This document shows positions 59,530 to 64,000 of a stretch of 64,000 nt of DNA, in pieces. Origin of the DNA: Candidatus Poribacteria bacterium (GTDB lineage: Bacteria > Poribacteria > WGA-4E > WGA-3G). Below the pieces are notes generated by a model. That model ran no database searches. It was not told the origin of the DNA and was given only the letters and a program-made list of their open reading frames with translations. Each line of letters opens with the position of its first letter. The stretch's first letter is position 1. Position numbers and translations under genes: made by a program. The stretch lies in contig CAXXLX010000001.1 of the NCBI GenBank assembly GCA_963665235.2, positions 3,200,001-3,264,000 of the forward strand. The letters are read 5' to 3'.

Positions 59530-61632
59530 ATGATAGCAACAATCGCAACCTGCAATTTGAATCAATGGGCACTTGACTTTGAAGGAAATTGTCAACGGAC
59601 CATTGAATCCATTGAAATAGCAAAAGCGGCGGGGGCGCGGTTTCGCCTCGGCCCCGAACTTGAAATCACGGGGTATTCCTGCGAAGATCATTTCCTCGAG
59701 GAGGATACACTGCGCCACAGCTGGGAAGCATTGGCGCACATCTTAAAGGGAGACCATACACACGGCATCCTGTGCGACATCGGCATGCCTGTGATGCACA
59801 AAAATGTCCGCTATAACTGCCGTGTCTTCATTTTAGATGGCAAAATTCTCCTAATCCGTCCGAAGTTGGTGCTCGCCGCGGAGGGAAATTATCGAGAACC
59901 GCGCTGGTTTACTGCATGGAATAAGGGGTGGACAACTGAAGATTTTCAGGTCCCGCCCGATATCCGAAAAATCACAGGCGATACCACCGTGCCGATTGGG
60001 TGTGCCGCAATTGCCACGTACGATACCGTTTTAGCCTCAGAAACTTGTGAAGAGCTGTTCACGCCTTTCTCGCCACACATTCAGTTAGCGCAGAACGGTG
60101 TTGAGATAATCGCCAACGGTTCCGGGTCGCATCACGAGCTCCGAAAACTTGACACCCGGCTGTCACTTATTCGAAACGCAACTGCCAAAAGCGGCGGGAT
60201 TTACCTCTACGCTAACCAGCAGGGATGTGATGGCAGCAGACTCTATTTCGACGGTTGTGCCGCAATTGCACAAAACGGGGGTATCCTTGCACTCGGCACA
60301 CAATTTTCTCTCAACGAGGTTGAAGTGGTCACCGCCACCGTTAACCTCGCGGATGTCCGTTCCTATCGAGGGTCCAGAATGAGCAGTGCCGTTCAGGCGA
60401 GTCGGAGTACCGCTATTCCGCAAATCCGCATCGATTTCGATATCGCGCATCCGGAAGCGCGGCCTGTCACTATGCCGAAAGTTAAGCTCAAAATTCACAT
60501 CCCGGAAGAGGAAATCGCCCTCGGGCCAGCCTGCTGGTTATGGGATTATCTGAGACGTTCCGGTGCAGCCGGGTTTTTCGTTCCACTTTCAGGCGGGTCG
60601 GATAGCGGAGCTGTTGCCACCCTTGTCGGCTCAATGTGTCAGCTCGTCGCCAAAGCGATTCTTGACGATGTGCCTCACGTCATTCGAGACAGTGAACACC
60701 TACTCGGGACAGAGTGTGTCGAAAAGATAAAAACCGATTTTAACGAACCGCAGCGAGCAGCGCAATATCTTGCAAATCAATTGCTATATACCTGCTATAT
60801 GGGAACAGCGAACAGTTCACGGGAGACGCGAAAGCGCGCCAAAAAGCTAGCACAGGAGATAGGCAGTTATCACCTCAATGTCAACATAGAAACCCTCGTT
60901 CGTGCCTTGCGGAAACTGTTCACAAAGGTAACCGGAAAAACCCCGCAATTCAAAACCGAAGGCGGCACCCACATTGAAAACCAGGCACTCCAAAACATAC
61001 AGGCACGGCTCCGTATGGTCACAAGTTATCTCCTTGCCCAAACGTTACCGTGGATTCGCAAGCGGCGTGGCACCTTACTCATCTTAGGCACCGGCAATGT
61101 TGATGAAGCCTTGCGCGGCTATCTTACCAAATACGATTGCAGCAGTGCTGACATCAATCCAATCGGTAGTATTAGCAAAACCGATTTGCGTAGTTTTCTC
61201 CGTTGGGCAGAAGAACACCTCGGTTATACCAGCCTCGCCCAAATCTTGGCGGCACCGCCTACCGCAGAATTGGAACCGATTACCGAAACTTATACACAAA
61301 CCGATGAGGAAGACATGGGCATGACTTATGCGGAACTCAGCCGATTCGGACAACTCCGAAAAATTCACCGCTGCGGCCCGGTCAGTATGTTTGAGAAACT
61401 GCTACAGGAATGGCATCACCTACCTCCTGAAGAGGTGGCAGAAAAGGTTAAGCGGTTTTTCCGATACTACGCTATCAATCGCCACAAGATGACAACGTTA
61501 ACACCGGCATATCACGCCGAATCCTACTCGCCGGATGACAATAGGTTTGACCTGCGCCAGTTTTTATACAACACACGTTGGACATGGCAATTCCGACAAA
61601 TTGACGCAATGCTGAAGGAGTTGGAAAAGTGA
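59530..61632 (+). CDS. nadE: Glutamine-dependent NAD+ synthetase, eukaryote-like
   Basis: Nitrilase domain (GPELE, RPK, ETCEE) plus LSGGSDS, QNIQAR, TKYDCSSAD. Confidence 0.93.
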   Translation: MIATIATCNLNQWALDFEGNCQRTIESIEIAKAAGARFRLGPELEITGYSCEDHFLEEDTLRHSWEALAHILKGDHTHGILCDIGMPVMHKNVRYNCRVFILDGKILLIRPKLVLAAEGNYREPRWFTAWNKGWTTEDFQVPPDIRKITGDTTVPIGCAAIATYDTVLASETCEELFTPFSPHIQLAQNGVEIIANGSGSHHELRKLDTRLSLIRNATAKSGGIYLYANQQGCDGSRLYFDGCAAIAQNGGILALGTQFSLNEVEVVTATVNLADVRSYRGSRMSSAVQASRSTAIPQIRIDFDIAHPEARPVTMPKVKLKIHIPEEEIALGPACWLWDYLRRSGAAGFFVPLSGGSDSGAVATLVGSMCQLVAKAILDDVPHVIRDSEHLLGTECVEKIKTDFNEPQRAAQYLANQLLYTCYMGTANSSRETRKRAKKLAQEIGSYHLNVNIETLVRALRKLFTKVTGKTPQFKTEGGTHIENQALQNIQARLRMVTSYLLAQTLPWIRKRRGTLLILGTGNVDEALRGYLTKYDCSSADINPIGSISKTDLRSFLRWAEEHLGYTSLAQILAAPPTAELEPITETYTQTDEEDMGMTYAELSRFGQLRKIHRCGPVSMFEKLLQEWHHLPPEEVAEKVKRFFRYYAINRHKMTTLTPAYHAESYSPDDNRFDLRQFLYNTRWTWQFRQIDAMLKELEK

Positions 61633-63269
61633 AGCCGCTGCACCTAAAATCGAGTGTCAAATTTTTTCTCCTGCCCTGTTTCATATCCCTGCTGTTTTTT
61701 TTCATCCCGTGCTTACTTCACGGTGCCCCGGGGGTCCCGCTGAACTTCGATGGATGGGTCATCGAGACGCTCGCGAAACTAGAGGTTGCTGGTATCACGG
61801 GCGGTTTTCATCGACACACGTTACCGCTATCCCGCCACGATGTAGCAAAAATTATCCACCGTGCTGAAGCGCGTATCCGCACAGAGATTGTCATTGCATC
61901 CCCAATGGATAAAAAACTTCTCCAGAAGCTCAAACGTGAATTTCAATTTGAATTATCACAAATCACCCCTCAAAACGAACTACAAACTTCGAAGCAGAAG
62001 GTTCGCCTAGAAATTCAGCCTCAACTTCGGGGCGCGAATGACGATATTGCACCAGCTCTTGAAACCGGATTTCATTACACTATCGGCACCGAAAAAAATC
62101 GACTGATTGTATATACCGAATTAGAATTCTCTAATTTTGAACAGGGGACAGATTTTGTCGAGAGCTTTTTTTTACCGAAGCCGCCGCCACTGCTGAAGTC
62201 GGCTGACCAACGATTTGAAAGATGGCGTGGCGATTATGTCGTGGACTTTAAAAGAAGTTATCTACAATACCGTTTCATGCCTTTCGGAGATGCTGAATTG
62301 GACATCTTAGTCGGAAGGGATTTTATATTCTGGGGAGCGAGTCCTAATAAATCTGTCGGAATCTCCGACAACTCACCCCCGTTTGAGCTTATTCGCCTCA
62401 CCGGCACTTTTCCATTCAAATTTGGTACGCTCAAAGCTACCGCGGTCTCCGCACAACTTAACGCGACGTGGCATGACGATGGTACAACCCGATACCTTGC
62501 GAAACGTTACCTCAGCGCGCATCGGCTCGACTATCAATTTAGCGATTGGCTCGAAATTAGTGCAGCCGAATCGGTACTCTACGGCGGGGATGTGCAATCC
62601 GTACAATGGAACTATCTCAATCCTGTTATCCCCTATTATGCTGTGCAATACAATGCCAAGAATGACGATAATATCATGTTCAGTTTCGGTGGGTCGATTC
62701 GTCCGCTGGATGGGGTCCGGCTCTACGCAGAGTGGGGCGCGGACGATTTTCAGTACAATCCGAAAACGCTCGACCCGCACGCTGTTACGTGGTTGACCGG
62801 CATAGAATGGTATCCGATGCAAACCGACCGTCAACTCGGAATACAGACAGAGTACGTTCGCGTCAATCGATGGGCATATACGCACCTCGTGCCTGATAAT
62901 CAGTTCACCCACTTCGGTACTATGATTGGACACCCGATTGGCACCGATGCGGATATAGTGACGTTACGTGTTTCATATCAGGCTACCCCCTCAGCTGTCC
63001 TTGAGACCCGTTTTAGTCATCAGCGAAATGGGGAGGCAGATGTTACCGACCGTTTCTACGGTGAGGACTATCAAAATATTCCATTTCCTTCAGGAACAGT
63101 TGAAAGGCTTTCTGAGATGCGATTTGGTTGGAAATATCGCCCGAACTCGGCTTTGAAAAGTTCCATCAATTATGCCTGGCGTTACGTCCAAAATACAGCA
63201 CATAGTGAAGGTGAAACCGACTATCAGCACCGTTTCGTTTTTTTAGTTGCTTACGCATGGCGGAATTAG
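61629..63269 (+). CDS. Capsule assembly Wzi-like outer-membrane protein
   Basis: WG...ISDNSPP, SAHRLD, ESVLYGG, YLNP, GHPIG; aromatic C-terminus. Confidence 0.7.
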   Translation: MKPLHLKSSVKFFLLPCFISLLFFFIPCLLHGAPGVPLNFDGWVIETLAKLEVAGITGGFHRHTLPLSRHDVAKIIHRAEARIRTEIVIASPMDKKLLQKLKREFQFELSQITPQNELQTSKQKVRLEIQPQLRGANDDIAPALETGFHYTIGTEKNRLIVYTELEFSNFEQGTDFVESFFLPKPPPLLKSADQRFERWRGDYVVDFKRSYLQYRFMPFGDAELDILVGRDFIFWGASPNKSVGISDNSPPFELIRLTGTFPFKFGTLKATAVSAQLNATWHDDGTTRYLAKRYLSAHRLDYQFSDWLEISAAESVLYGGDVQSVQWNYLNPVIPYYAVQYNAKNDDNIMFSFGGSIRPLDGVRLYAEWGADDFQYNPKTLDPHAVTWLTGIEWYPMQTDRQLGIQTEYVRVNRWAYTHLVPDNQFTHFGTMIGHPIGTDADIVTLRVSYQATPSAVLETRFSHQRNGEADVTDRFYGEDYQNIPFPSGTVERLSEMRFGWKYRPNSALKSSINYAWRYVQNTAHSEGETDYQHRFVFLVAYAWRN

Positions 63270-63564
63270 AGGGAAGGATGGAAGATTGGATTTGACGTGT
63301 GTTGTCTGAATGCACATCGCATTTGGGCGAGTCCGCCGCAAATTGCGAATTATCGCGGAGAACGCGGAAGACGCGGAGTTTAAGAGGTGTCCGCCTATCT
63401 AGAAAGGTATCGCAAGCATAGCTCGCTCGGACAGAGGAGAGAGGGGCGCGTGCACAGCTCGCTCGGACATAACCCGTTAAGTTTTCAAATCGGGCGGGGA
63501 AACCCCGCCCCTACGGACGCAGAAAGGAAAAAGGAGCCGGGTGACCCCGCCCCTATGCAGATTG

Positions 63565-64000
63565 ATGAAAAAACGTACGCTTGTAATAATTGGCCTCTGT
63601 GCGTTGCTGATAATCGTCGGATTCATCCTATTTGTCCGCGATTGGAACGGTGTCCGTCTTCTCGCTGTTTCCCCGAAGATTCTAAAGTATCGTCCGGTTA
63701 TCCAAAAACATGCCGTTATCCATCGCTTGGATTGGCGGCTCATTGCAGCATTGATTGTCCAAGAATCTGGATTTGATGAACATGCTGAAAGTGCTGCCGG
63801 GGCGCAAGGATTGATGCAGCTTATGCCAGAGACAGCGAAGGAGCTTGGCGTTTCTAACCCCTTTGCATCTGATGAAAGCATCGCTGGCGCGACCCGTTAC
63901 TTCCGAAACCTATATGACCTCTATCCAGAGAGCACCCCTCCAAATCGTATCCGGCTTGCCTTAGCCAGCTATAATGGCGGACGCGGACGTATCAGAGACG
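63565..64000 (+). CDS. SLT-domain lytic transglycosylase, 3'-truncated by window edge
   Basis: Read manually: MKKRTLVIIG...IVQESGF...GAQGLMQLMPETA...ALASYNGG. Confidence 0.85.
   Translation, partial: MKKRTLVIIGLCALLIIVGFILFVRDWNGVRLLAVSPKILKYRPVIQKHAVIHRLDWRLIAALIVQESGFDEHAESAAGAQGLMQLMPETAKELGVSNPFASDESIAGATRYFRNLYDLYPESTPPNRIRLALASYNGGRGRIRD

Noticed and set aside
63387-63776. ORF-track 129-aa ORF
   Set aside because: Runs through REP repeats; the real gene is the SLT in another frame from 63565

Overview
Bacterial chromosome window, most likely Candidatus Poribacteria. This is an inference from the lineage-typical C-terminal motifs LLENYPNPFNPETWIPY and VEPQQKLTTTWGNLK, WD40/dockerin fusions and dense intergenic repeats. 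Core content: a tetrapyrrole cluster (hemB, hemL, polyprenyl synthase, sirC-like, ccsA, hemA, hemC, cobA-hemD), tRNA-Gly to TPR to TolB-like to mutS2-dnaG-rpoD to tRNA-Ile2/tRNA-Val, carbohydrate and redox enzymes, four tandem secreted paralogs, and a strikingly eukaryote-like glutamine-dependent NAD synthetase. Accessory content: an intact tnpB-only IS200/IS605 element and a decayed one, an internally deleted IS3, several MITE families, GTAG-type REPs, and two decayed toxin-antitoxin loci. Best candidates for something new: (i) a large protein with a HEPN-like motif and an antitoxin-like tail, translationally coupled to a PIN toxin; (ii) two families of 25-32 nt hairpin micro-inserts seen in both filled and empty states inside REP/MITE repeats, one of which targets the REP GTAG and also breaks a tnpB gene. 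All calls come from reading motifs by eye; no database searches were run.
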